This document shows, in pieces, positions 13,558 to 26,221 of a stretch of DNA of 64,000 bases. The notes beneath the pieces were generated by a model. That model was given only the letters and a program-made list of their open reading frames with translations. It ran no database searches and was not told the origin of the DNA. Source of the DNA: Marsupella aquatica (Eukaryota; Plantae; Marchantiophyta); the NCBI GenBank assembly GCA_973895155.1, contig OZ316898.1, forward strand, positions 17,474,752 to 17,538,751, written 5' to 3'. Each line of letters opens with the position of its first letter. Positions within the stretch are counted from its first letter, which is position 1. The position numbers were made by a program, and so were the translations under genes.

Positions 13558-14368
13558 CAGCGTGTTTTTTAAGGTTTTTACTTTTTTGCCAGACTGGCTA
13601 ATGTCCATTCTGTGAAGTAGAAGATGCTCAAATTATCCTTATCGAGTTTTTTCCTGACCATCAGATTTCCCTAGATTTAAAGATGACTGTTAGATTCTGG
13701 CTAGTGGGAGGTGTGATTAGGTGAGACAATGGCAACACCTGGCTAACGAGAATACAAAATACTAGCAAATTTTTGCCAAAAATGGCAAAATGTGGGAGGT
13801 GTGATTAGAATAGGATAATGTCATGGTTAGAGGGCATTATGAGATATAATGCCCTGAAAAACGAGGGCGGTAGGCCAAGTTTTGAGGGAATTAATGCCAG
13901 TAACCAGTACATTAATGTGCGTTGAGTGATTTTTTGAATATGATAATGTACTGGTTAGAGGGCATTGTGGGATATAATGCCCTGAAAAACAAGGACTCTA
14001 GCCCGAGTTTTGAGGGCATTATTTTCATAATGTCCGTAACTAGGACATTAATGTACCGAAAAACTTGAGGGACTTTTCCATAAAAAAAAACAAGAAAAAG
14101 TGAATCCTTGAAATAGAAAATTCAAATTAAAAGGTCATCCAAAAAGTGGTTGTTATGGAATTGGCCAAAAATATACCTTATTTAGTGATATTAGATTCTA
14201 TTCTATTCAGGCCAAAAATATACCTTATTTAGTGATATTAGATTCTATTCTATTCATAGATATTTTGTTAGTATCACCATATAATATTTGGTACTAAATT
14301 TAATTTTCGCCAAAAAGACTTTTTGGGGAGGTGAAATTTGGCTAATTTCGCCACTATAAAAAACGCTG
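13558..14368. mobile_element. Non-autonomous hAT-like element
   Basis: TIRs CAGCGT(G)TTTTTTA. 8-bp TSD GCCTTGAC / GCGTCGAC (2 mismatches). The paralogous segment near 900 has a single GCGTCGAC (empty site). Confidence 0.75.
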
Positions 14369-14734
14369 GCGTCGACCTCCCTGTGGAGTCGACTTTTCCT
14401 GGTCTAACCTTTTCAAACGATTGAACAAGTTCTATAAACAGTCGGAGAAATTACGTTTGGGCCAAGACTGGAGAGCTAGGCCCTCGTCCACAGAGAGGGG
14501 CCCGCACAGCAACCAGCAAACAGAGCCACACCATCGCCTCGAATTTCGTCTCAGACTGAGTTCATCGACTCTCATCCGAGAGATTGGTGCTGATTTGCTT
14601 GACTGAGCGGTGGTGTGCTTCACTCTAATTTCTGTCGCCCTTTGCTCTCTCCTCTTCCTTCCTCCCCCTTTGTTTTGCTTGCTTGCGTGCTTGCTGGGTG
14701 GGTGGGTGGATGCTATGGACGACAGCCAGCCATT

Positions 14735-17700
14735 ATGACAGGAGAGAGGATGGGCGAATTTGACGAAGCATTCGACATTGTCTCGACTGCTTCGTTTCTT
14801 TTGCAACATGGCTTTGAGCGTGTGGCACTACAGGTGGACTCTTCTCTTCTTTCTCTCTGTCAACTTCTTTTGTGGTCATTATTTATCGTTCGATTTGCCG
14901 TTGTGCCATTTAGGGTTGCCTAAACCCTAAACCCTGAAGTCCTCGAAACAAAATATCTACTCCATCGCTACGCGATTTGGTTTTTCTCAATGCTTAACCT
15001 GTACTTTTGTTTTAATTTTCCTCGAAGGTGATTCAGGTATAGCTTGATCTGATCACCGAATCGAGCTGGAGACCGCTCATAGGAGCTGAAGTGTTTATAT
15101 GACCATCTAAGCAAACAATTACCGTTCGTTTATGCTTTCGATGCTCACTCCTTACAGTGCCTTTTTTTGGAGAATTTGCAGTTTCCGGACGAATTACTCA
15201 AGTACAGTGTGGCTGTTACGTCTGCCCTGAGAAAAGAGGTTTCGAAGCAACGAGAGTCAAGTACCACACAGCAATGGAGCGGTGGTTCTATCCGACTATT
15301 TGTGATGGCAGATACTACGTTCGGAAGCTGTTGTGCCGATGAAGTAGCAGCTATGCACGTTGATGCACAGTGCATTGTGCACTACGGTCACACCTGTCTG
15401 AGTGTGTGAGTTTCTTTGTACCTTTCGCTTTATTTTTGAAAGGCTGCTTGTGAAAGGCATTGTAAAAGAGATATTATACAAGAAGTGACGGAGATTAGAA
15501 TATGTGACTTTCTTTAATATGTTAACGTCATCTTCTTGCTCTGAATTCGCGTTCACAGCACTTCAAGGCTCCCTGTATGGTTTGTGTTCGGAAGGGCAGC
15601 TATCAATGCCGAAAGCTGCGCACGTCGGATTGTCGAGTTTACCTCACGCCAAAAGCAGCCAGTACTGGTACTTAACTCCCAACGTTCACTTGAGGGGCAT
15701 GGGGGAGTGTTCTTTGACCTACTTATTGAAGCAATAAGCAGACGAATACCAGTAATGTTTGCGCTTGTGAGAAAGTTTGTTGTCGGGATCTTGGTTGTGT
15801 CACCTCCACTGTTACTAGATCAGTTTGCATGCTTTGAGCAGCAACTAATACCTGATGTGAACCGTTCTGGGGAAGCACAGGTCATGCTCGCGCTTAGTTA
15901 CGTTCATGCACTAGAAAGAATTCGGGAACAAGTATCCTTCATTCAGGAAAAGGTTTTGGATATTACCTTTGTAGCTGGTGCCTGTCAGAAAATGGAACCC
16001 TGTGTGAATGAGAAGACATATGTGGACAGTACGGCTTTTGGTACTACGAATGGAGATCTAGATGGTCGTAATGGGCACTGCAGCGACAATAACGCGGACA
16101 CATGCTGCAGCGCTAACAAAGGGGATTTTAGAAGGGAAGCAACAGGTGTTGTTGGTTTACAAAAATATACAAGCGAGGGTTCAGAGTTCAACGTAGGTGG
16201 ACTCAGTTGGGTCATCCCTGGAAATAGGGGCATGGAAGACTACACTATACTTTGGGTTGGTGACGATGAGCCAGGGCTTACGAATGTGGCACTCATATTT
16301 AATTCCTCTACCGTAAGCTTCCTGCACCTTGAGAAGAGACGAAGAGTTCTGCATCATTATTATTTTTTGGTGTGAACAGAGGCAGGGACAACTGGGTGAC
16401 ATGCTGTATGATATTTGAAGATTATATCTCTAATTTGCATACTCGTGTCATCAACGTCTTACATGCGTGGGAATCCTTTGCATTGGATTATTATACTTAT
16501 TTTCCTAGTAAGTACGAGTAGTAAGGCATCTCTCACTGAAAAATATGTGCACAGGTTGTCAGATATGACTGCCAGGAAGACAAAATTTTGACAGACGTGG
16601 TGAAGCAATCTCAACTTCTCCGCCGACGGTATGTTTTTCCAGTCTTTGTCTCTAGGTTGATTTGACAGCACTCTGCCTTAACAGAATTTGAGTGCTGTCA
16701 AATCAAATTTAGGCAGAGTGAAATTTCGTACTCTGCTTTATACGAAAAACGGAAGTGTGACATTGTCTGTGTGGACGATGGCGGTTCCAGCATGACAGTA
16801 TTCGTCGCTGTTCATGAATGCAATAAAGTCTTCAGTGTGAAGTCTTTAAATGGGGATAGGAGGGTGTCGTTAACTGTTGGATTGTTTTTACAGATACTAC
16901 CTTGTTGAGCGTGCGAAAGATGCAAACTTGGTTGGGATTATAGTGGGCACACTTGGTGTTGGTAATTTCTGTTACTAGTCCCCGCAGCTTGATTTTAGTT
17001 TCACCCTTTCCTACCCTTTCTGCCATTTGAGCTATCTTACCTTTCGGATATATGATATTCGGTAGGTATGGAAACGAATATTCTGCATCCACTTTGCAAA
17101 GTCATATGATCCACTTGCAATGAAATTGCTTTATCAGCCTATATATTTATTTGCATTGACGAAGCACGAGACACTTATTTAAATCGGGTTAAAAAGGGAT
17201 GTGCAGCTGGCTATGGAGAAACGATTCAAAGAATTAGAAGAATGATTGAATCGTCTGGAAAGAAACCGTACATATTGGTGATGGGTAAACCGAACCCATC
17301 GAAGCTAGCCAATTTTCCAGAGGTATGCAACATCCGTATGATAAGGAGGGTTGGTGTTGTTTTACAGCTCGATGTGTGGTCTCTGCGAATCCATTTGTAC
17401 TCATTCAAATGTAAAGTGTTCTAATTGCTCCAATGTTGAGTGTTCAAATGTTAAGTGGTTAAACTACCAGATGGATTGAAGTCAGTAGGCTTTTGCTGCC
17501 ATTTTCCTTTTGTGAAGCTCTGTTAGTGAAGAGTTTGTTGGGATTGCAGTGTGAAGTTTTTGTACTCGTGGCGTGTCCACAAACGGCTATACTCGACAGT
17601 AAAGATTTTCTAGCACCTGTCATAACACCATTTGAGGCAGAGCTGGCATTTGTCGAGTGAGTTTCTTTTTCATGATTTGTGTATACATGCAACGTAATTG

Positions 17701-18560
17701 CTGTGATTTGTGTGTTAATACACTTTCTTGCGAATGAAACTTTTCACAGATGGGTTGCATCCCTGATATTTTAGCTTTACATCTTCCTTATGGTTCTAAA
17801 ATTTTCGAATACTTGAACTGCGATTGATGATCGCAACATCTTAGTGGGTGGCTTCTGTGAAATTTTTGTTGAGCTTCCGTTATTGTTTGTCCAGAGGAAA
17901 GCAGTGGACTGGGGCATACAGGTTCGACTTTACCGCAACATCTGATCATGATGCTGAGTTTGCACCGGACAGCTCAGATGCTGAACCTCGGTTCTCCTTC
18001 CTTACAGGCAACTATGTAGGCAAGGACAGAGGTAAGCTTAGAAAATGCTGAAGTATCTGAATTGCTGGGCCCCTTTTTGAAAAGATGACTAATTGAAATA
18101 TGAAGAAAGTGAAATGTCCTGTGCTGGTCAACATGAAATAATTCCTTATAGCAATTACCTTATGCTCCTGACACCATTCGAAAGGGTTGAAAAACACCCT
18201 GTCGTAAGGGTATATTAGAACCTGTAGATTGTTGCAACTTTTTGAAGCATGTTGAATGGTTTGAGCATTATTTACAGTAAAAAGTATTTGCTTGCAGGTG
18301 CGAAAGATGTGTCTTCGGGAACAGTTCCGTCTGGCATATCTCAGCATGCCCTGCAGTTGAAGTCAGAGGCTTCTTTATCCATAGTCAATACAGAAAGATC
18401 TGTCCTGGATATCAAGTCAGGTGCAGAGTATTTGGCTTCCAGAACTTACCAAGGATTGGATATCAATCAAGAAGGTCCAGATGGTCCTAGTAAAGCCTCA
18501 TCAGCAGTAGTTGGTCGAAAAGGACGAGCCTCTGGTTACGCAGAGGAAACCACCAATTAG
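14735..18560 (+). CDS. DPH2: Diphthamide biosynthesis protein 2
   Basis: Exons 14735(or 14750)-14833, 15182-15405, 15559-15667, 15881-16312, 16555-16628, 16894-16961, 17207-17322, 17550-17656, 17895-18031, 18298-18560, all GT-AG and phase-compatible. Motifs: [68 protein letters not shown]. Confidence 0.93.
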
Positions 18561-20034
18561 TAGACAGGCACGGTAGCGACTGTCCACTTGTTCTTGGCTG
18601 TCTCTAGCCTTTTGTGATCAACTTTTTATAAGAAGTACAAGAAGTCAAATCACTGAGTATAGCGCGAGGAACAATGCCTCATGGGCTAGAAGTGGTCTGA
18701 TTTTTTGATAAGAATGTCCCCGCTAAAATTGTTCAATGCAGGATCGATCGCAATGAAGAAACCTATTTAACATTAGCCAGAAGCCAGTATTGGCATGCAG
18801 AGCAGCAAACCTTCCCTTCTGTGGGAATTGGTTGAAAAAGAGAAGGTTTTTGAAAATGAAGAGGACCCAGACTTAAATGTGTCATAGCTCAGGCGTTAAA
18901 ATAATCAAAGAAATTAAACTAACATATAGAAATGAAAGGTCCAAAGAAAATGGCCTTTTGCCTTTTCTGTCAAATGTGTTATACGGTTTTACTAACAAAA
19001 ATCTCGAGAAAACGAGAGGAAAAGCTGGGAAACAGTCGAGGCATATTGTAACCTGTCCTCTGTTGAGGGCAATGGGCTTTAACCTGGACCCATTATCATC
19101 TCCCAAGGTTACTAGGTTGGGTTCGGGGTTGGGTTATTGTAAGAAGTAAATATCCGCTCCAACCACACCCTTTTCATTAGCTTGCTGGGCACATCACTGG
19201 CAGGGGTGGGTTGGACCTCACATGCTTTCCCCATGAATGGATTTCTAGGGGTATGATTGGGCAGGCCTTAGCGTGTGCCAACCCATTCCATGTCGTTATT
19301 CCGTTTCCCAGTATCTTTGACAAATTTGGTTTTCAACTAAACGTTCATGAAAACGTACCCAGGTGTTGTGTAATGTGCCACATGCCACGTCCTAGCTGGT
19401 TGGACATAGTTTTCATCTAACGACATATTGTAATCTAATGTTAATATCACTGTATGGCTCCTTTTACATATGTGGGTTTAGGATATTGTGTGCAATAAGC
19501 AGTGCAAGGGTTTGTACGACACTTATCACTCGGCTTGCTAACTTTATAGCTTTGCTCACTCCAGGATCTGATGTCATACTAATTAAGATAGGTAGTTTAA
19601 GACGCAATGCATACTGATCAATAGAATGACGCCAATCATGAATGCTATGCACATTGCACAATGCATAGCAATCATTACAAGGACATTGATCGTGATTGTC
19701 CTATTCTCGAATGGATGAGAGTTTGTGACAATGGATTGAGGTACCGTTAGCTCTCCTCCCTACCCATCCGCTTGTGGCATATTTTGAACACAATTTTATG
19801 AATCATCCGTGTGTCGCAGTCTGGATGATTCACCTCAAACTTCTTGGTTTGGGGCACTCAACTCAATATAATTTCCATAATGTTCAAGACTCCTCCTATC
19901 GACACCATATTCCCAGTGAGTTTGGACAACTTACAAGAACTTATTCAAGTACATGGATATCCATCATTAAAGGAAATGTTTTCTAAAAACATTCTGAGTT
20001 ACCTTCTTGTAAGTTGTTTGTATTCATTGAGAAT

Positions 20035-20248
20035 ATGGTGGGTCTGTCCCCAAGCTGGAGACCATTTGCCCTGCCAGTAATCACACATCAAAATGTGCCA
20101 GTAATCACACATCAAAATGTGGTAACATACAGTGTGCACTCGTTGATTTCAAGAAAATAGGGAGGTTTATCTTGAGAAGGGCCAACTCACATGCTGGTTG
20201 GGCCATGGGCTAGAGAATGGTCTCCAGCTTGGGGACAGACCCCACCAT
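20035..20248. repeat. Short inverted-repeat (MITE-like) element
   Basis: About 32-bp inverted repeats at 20035-20066 and 20216-20248. Confidence 0.5.
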
Positions 20249-21287
20249 TGAGCATGTTAGTGGGCCATTCACAATGGGGCCCTAAGCCACATGCCATCAT
20301 ATCACCAAGTGAGAGAGAGCAGGCTGACCCTCCTCATGTGCCAGACCTGAGGGCAAAATCCATGCATCTCCCAAGGCAAGGGCAGGAAACTTTTTGGCCC
20401 TTGCAGATCCCATCCTTTGAAACCATAATAAAATAAAGATCAATCTTAATGGCAAAAAATTATAGATCATGAATCTGGTAGTCCAAGGTTTTCTGTACTT
20501 CTTCTTAATTACTTAGTTAAGGTCCATCACATTTTGAGGTTTGAAACCCCCTTTTGAGTTTCTCACTCTCAGACGATGTTATTTTCGCCAGATCCATAAT
20601 TTTCAGTCTGCCTTTACTAGTACGATACTAAAGGAAGTTCTCACGTACTTGTATCCACTAAACTCCATTGTGAACTCCATAAATTTCTGTCAAGGACTGG
20701 AACTCTCTCACAGTCCGCATCTCAGAGCCCAGGGCTTTGATACCATGTTCACATTCATATATGATGGAATTAATCAAACGGACTTAACCACTCATTATCG
20801 GCTGGATGAGATACTCTGATTAGCGGTCTGAGAAGCGGCAATGTAATCCTAGTGTGACTTCTCAGCTAAGTTTCACTTCTAATTTTGAGATTCTAAATAT
20901 AACAAGCTGCACGAATTCAATTAGTAGAGAGTTAAGGTTTGCGTTTGATAGTCTTCGTTTCGTACATATAGGTGGTTGAAACTGGCAGGAAACGCTTAGT
21001 CAACTATTTTGCTGTCACCGTATCGGTAAGATAGAAAATTGAGAAGACGTGTTCCATGATACAGCCAAGGGGAGATGATACAGCCAAGGGGAGGAGCCAC
21101 AGCCCAAAGAACCCACCAAGCAGAGGACATTTACAATGCGTGACAATTGGAAGTGAAGTCAGGAAATGCAAGGGGTCATGATGTCCAGAAATACTGACAT
21201 CGAGACTAAACCCAATATTGGATTTGATCCGAATCAACTAATTGGAGAAGGCCCAATGTCAGGACCCAAAGGGATACACTACATTAA

Positions 21288-23511
21288 TTATTCGTGTATG
21301 AACTTTTCATAGACGGCAGAGTTTAGTCGAGGAGTGACAGTGACCAAGAGGTGCTGAGCTCGCTCGGAAATGAGAGAAGGGGTCTCGGTGATGACATCAA
21401 TACTTTCGTTAGAGAGCCCCCCGGCCGATTGGAATTCAAAGCTGTGTATGAAGTTGGCAACCATGAATTGGACCATTGTGACACCCATGATCATTCCAGG
21501 GCAACCCCGCCGCCCGGAGGAGAAGGGCAAGAGGTAGTACGAAGTTCCAAACATGGTAATGTCATTTTTTTGCTTGAAGAAGCGATCAGGGTTGAACCGC
21601 AGTGGCTCAGGCCAATGCTTCGGGTCGCGGTTGATGGCGAACAAGTTTATCAGAGTAGTCGTTCCCGCGGGGATGTCATAGCCGGCGAGCTTAGTGTCCG
21701 CTAAGCTGCAGTGCGGGAGGCCTAGGGGGGCCGGCGGGTGCAGCCGGAGGGACTCCTTCACCACGGCCTGGAGGAACGGCAAGCTCGGTAAGTCTGCCTC
21801 ACTCACAAACCGGTGCTTCCCGACGACGCTGTCAAGCTCGGCTTGCAGCCTGTGGAGAAGCTCGGGTTGCCTCAGTAGCTCGGCGACTGTCCAGTCTGTT
21901 GAATGCCCTGTTGTGTCGCTGCCTCCGATGACAAGGTCCTGCATAAATGACATTTAGAAACATCATTCCATCAACGTACACATAGAAGGACGATAGCTAG
22001 AATCCTGGATTGTCTATATGGTATGAGCTACAGTAATAGTTTGTCCATCCACACATACTATACTACAACAACATAATTTTTAATGGAGCTTGGAGTGAGC
22101 GTAGCTCCAAGAATAAATCCCGAAGGTCAACATTAAAATCCGAGTGACGCAACTACGAAAATGAACCACTGTTTGACAGCGGCCACCCTAATCACGCAAT
22201 TCCCACTTGGTTCCAATTTTGTTTATGTACAAATTTTCAACGAACTTTTCTCCATTCCTGACCGAATTGCATTTTCCATCGAGACAAAGGATCTCCTTGT
22301 CTTCATCTTTCTCTCCTCTCCACCAAAACAATCCAGAATACTTGTGAAACAAAGAACCCAGCCCGCGCTTCCTATATCAGGATCCTTACAATCCTTTTAT
22401 CTTGCCTCTGATCATTTTTGTACCCTCGCATCATCACTGTCGTTGAATTTGTAATGAGTGTAAGCTCCAGAGTAAACCAAATCCATGGACACGTTGACAT
22501 CTAAGGTTTTGAAATGCTTAAGCTACAGTTCAAGTTAAAAGCAGGACTGTAGATACTCACATAGGTGATTCCGGACAGGTCCAATGAATTGAGCTTATCC
22601 TCTCCCTCTAATGACAGGAGAACGTCGAAAATGTTGGCGTCGGGGTCGTCCGGGCTCCTTTTGCCATCTCGTTCGTACTCTTCAATGAGAGCTGCTGCAT
22701 ACGCGGTCATCGTTTTGTTCTTCTTTTTCATGCGCCCAATCACTCCCTGCAAGTCAAACCAGCGTGCAATTGTGATGAAGTCTCCGGCGTTGAACTCGCC
22801 CGCTAGCGCCATAACCTCTCTGATCAGAGCCCTCAAATCGGACACCTTTACTGTTCCGATTTTTATGTCCCCCTTGTATGTGGCATCCTTACGTCTGAAC
22901 AGCATACTCAAGAGGCTGTTTATACTCAGATCGTTGAGCTCGGACGTCAAGTCGATGACTTCCGCCCCTTCCTTGTGCCGCTGATACAGAGCTGCGAGCG
23001 CGAAATGCACTCCGTTCTCACGCGTCGCCTGTAAACCATTGAGTCGCTTTGGAGCGAATAACGCCTGGCTATAGATCTTACGGACGCGCTTCTGGTACTC
23101 GCCACTCTGCGCGAATGCCAATGCACGGTAACTCATACCCAGATACTTACCGGCAGAAAGAGTGGGACGAGAACAAAAGATATGGTCTTGGTCCCTCAGG
23201 ACCTGTTTGGCAATATCATCGTTGGAGACGACAATTGCGTGGTTTGCTCCCAGTCTGAGGTATATTATCGGGCCAAGTTTCTCAGCTAGGCGAGAAAACA
23301 TCTTGTGCGAAGGTTCTTTGGCTGTGACTCCCATGAACGGGAAGGAGCCCACAATTGGCATCACGCCTGGCGATGGTGGTAAGTGTGCCCGTTTGGTTCC
23401 CGGGAGCAGGAATTTTAAAGCAAACCACGACCCCACAACGGCGCACGACACCCAGAAGACCCAGGACACCTCGGACACAAAGCTGTCCATGGATACTGAG
23501 CTTCCGGCCAT
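21288..23511 (-). CDS. Cytochrome P450, CYP71 clan (A-type), 2 exons, about 533 aa
   Basis: Exon 1 23511-22561 has the TM anchor and proline cluster LPPSP. Exon 2 21938-21288 has GGSDTT, ESLR, PDRF and the heme motif PFSSGRRGCPG. Single phase-0 GT-AG intron before the I-helix. Confidence 0.93.
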
Positions 23512-23918
23512 GCGATCGAATTATGATGGAAGTCTGATGGAAGTCTACGCAGTGAGCTCACTCAGCTTCTTAGAAAGAGAACGAAAACCTTCGTTACAAA
23601 TTCGAGGGCCGAATCTCTATACTGAGGCAACGAAACACCCAAGAAAACTGACATAGCCCGACAGACAGCCCGACAGACACGTAGAGGAGAAATTTAGTTC
23701 GACAGATCTCATAACAGTCGACTAAAAAAGCAGTCTGTTGCAAAGTCTGCAAAGCAAAGTTCGAGCACAGTCATGTTGCGCGATCTAGTGGATTGAGATT
23801 CAAGGAAACGAATCCCTGAAAGCGCATTTATTGTTTTGCTACACAGAAACCGAGAGCATCTCCAACCCAAGTGGCTTTGTTACTCTATCAGGGTGTTGAC
23901 CAAAATGCGAAAAGTTAC

Positions 23919-24890
23919 CTACAATCCACACAATGCGGGTCTGGGACATCAAGACATATATATTGTGTAGGACTTACTCCAACATTGTTATTTTTCTTGA
24001 AATCAATGTGTGCACACCATATATTACCACTACAATCCACACAATGCGGGTCTGGGACATCAAGAGATATATATTGTGTAGGACTTACTCCAACATTGTT
24101 ATTTTTCTTGAAATCAATGTGTGCACACCATATATTACCACACCATATATCACCAGATATTGATGTTTCATGCTGGTCTGGATTTGATGTGTGATGCAGG
24201 TCTGGCACATCAAAATACGACATATATTGTGCAGTACTTTCTCCAACAATGCTAAATATTATATATCACCACATATTGATGTTTCATGCTGGTCTGGATT
24301 AGATGTGTGATGTAGGTCTGGCACATCAAAATACGACATATATTGTGTAGTACTTTCTCCAACAATGCTAAATATTATATATCACCAGATATTGATGTTT
24401 CATGCTGGTCTGGATTGGATGTGTGATGCAGGTCTGGCACATCAAAATACCGACATATATTGTGTAGTGCTTTCTCCAACAATGCTAAATATGATATATT
24501 ACCACGTTTTGACGTGTCATGCTGGTCTGGATGTGTGAGGCAGGTCGGGCACATCAAAATAAGACATTTTTATATTGTGTAGTGCTTTCTCCAACAGTGC
24601 TAAATATTATATATTACCACGTTTTGAAGTGTCATGCTGGTCTGGATGTGTGATGCAGGTCTGGCACATCAAAATATGACACATATTGTGTAGTACTTTC
24701 TTCAACAATGCTAAACAATATATATTACCACATTTTGATGTGTCATGTTGGGCTGGATGTGTGAGCAGGTCTCGCACATCAAAATATAACATATATTGTA
24801 CAGTAGGACTTTCTCCAACAATGCTAAACATTGCTATTTTCTTGAAAGTAATGAGTACATTTGGTATATTATTACATTTTGATGTGTGAT
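23919..24890. repeat. Degenerate tandem repeat, unit about 110-125 bp
   Basis: Recurring GGTCTGGCACATCAAAATA..ATATTGTGTAGTACTTTCTCCAACAATGCTAAAT units; the first two copies have period 111. Confidence 0.85.
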
Positions 24891-25008
24891 TATTTGCATG
24901 GCAGAAATGCTATGGGATTACAGGAAGGGTTTTTCCTGGTTATGAGATGTGGTGGATTTTCTTGATGGAAACCAAAATGATAAGTATTACTTGATAGGAA
25001 CCCTGAAT

Positions 25009-25259
25009 GATAGAGACCATTGATTGACCTTGATAGACCTTGAATCAATTTACCAAAAACCTCAGGGGTCATATCAAGTAACTCTTTTCATTTTGGGGTC
25101 ACATCCAACAACTAATTCACATAATTGCACATCAAGATAGAGACCATTGATTGACCTTGATAGACCTTGAATCAATTTACCAAAAACCTCAGGGGTCATA
25201 TCAAGTAACTCTTTTCATTTTGGGGTCACATCCAACAACTAATTCACATAATTGCACAT
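25009..25259. repeat. Tandem direct duplication, period 127 bp
   Basis: GATAGAGACCATTGATTGACC...TAATTGCACAT starts at 25009 and again at 25136. Confidence 0.85.
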
Positions 25260-25939
25260 TAAAATCTGATAATATTTAGTGTACTATGTTTTTTTGTACT
25301 GTCCATCATAAACTCAATTATTCTATTTAAATCATAGATTGTTTTTTTGAAGTGTGTATCAATGTGCGGTCCATTTTTATGTGTATTTACCAGAATGAGA
25401 TCTGTATATGCATGGAAGAGATGATACATTTGTTGACTTCTTCCTGCGCCTGGGTTTTCAAGATTTCAGTCTATGGTTATCAAATGCTGATACCTGCAGT
25501 TTAGGGAAATTATCCCCTCAAGGTTGGGGCTGCTTTCACTTTGCAATGATGTTGGATACATACAATGAACTAGGAAAATTAATAATGTTATCAGACTGGG
25601 TAGGCAAAACCCTGCTGGGTTGGAGATGCTTGGACATGAACTTAGTCCTAATCCCACTTTTGGAAAGACTGTGTTTGTGTATAAAGGGGCTGGCACACAA
25701 ATTGAAGCGTTACACCAAATTTGTGGGTAATCCTCAAGAGCATTGTCTGAAGATGCTTTTGGGTAGGGTTTCTGTAAAAAGGAATGTGCCTTGAGCAAAA
25801 TCATTTTAATTGTGAGCTTCAAGAGCTTTGTTCATAGACATCATCGACATGCAAAAAGAACAGATGGATAATGGAACTAGATGTAGTCCATGACCGAAAT
25901 GATGACTCATGTATGCAACTCTTGTACAATAGGCATAGG

Positions 25940-26221
25940 CAGGGGTCTACGTTTTTATATGGACTAAAAGGTCAGGTATAGAAAAAATTTAAAATTGGAA
26001 AAGGTGGGTTTTCCACTTTTAAAATTTCTTAGGTCACATCTAGACTTTGCTTTTCTTCCTTTTCTTCGTGCAAGATTAAAACAATTATAAAATTAGTTGT
26101 AATTTTTGGTAAATCAAAATTAATTTAAATAGCAATCCCCTAAAGCTAGCTTATTTTGATTTTGCTTTACTAAAAACTATTTATTATAATTAAACTAAGC
26201 TAGCTTGAATGTAGACCCCTG
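25940..26221. mobile_element. Possible MITE (TIR CAGGGGTCTACRTT)
   Basis: 14-bp inverted termini around an AT-rich interior; no TSD seen. Confidence 0.45.

Noticed and set aside
15584-16375. 263-aa ORF as a separate gene
   Set aside because: It is DPH2 exons 3-4 read through an in-frame intron.
23919-24890. CRISPR-like regular repeats
   Set aside because: Whole units repeat with no unique spacers, no cas genes, and the context is eukaryotic.
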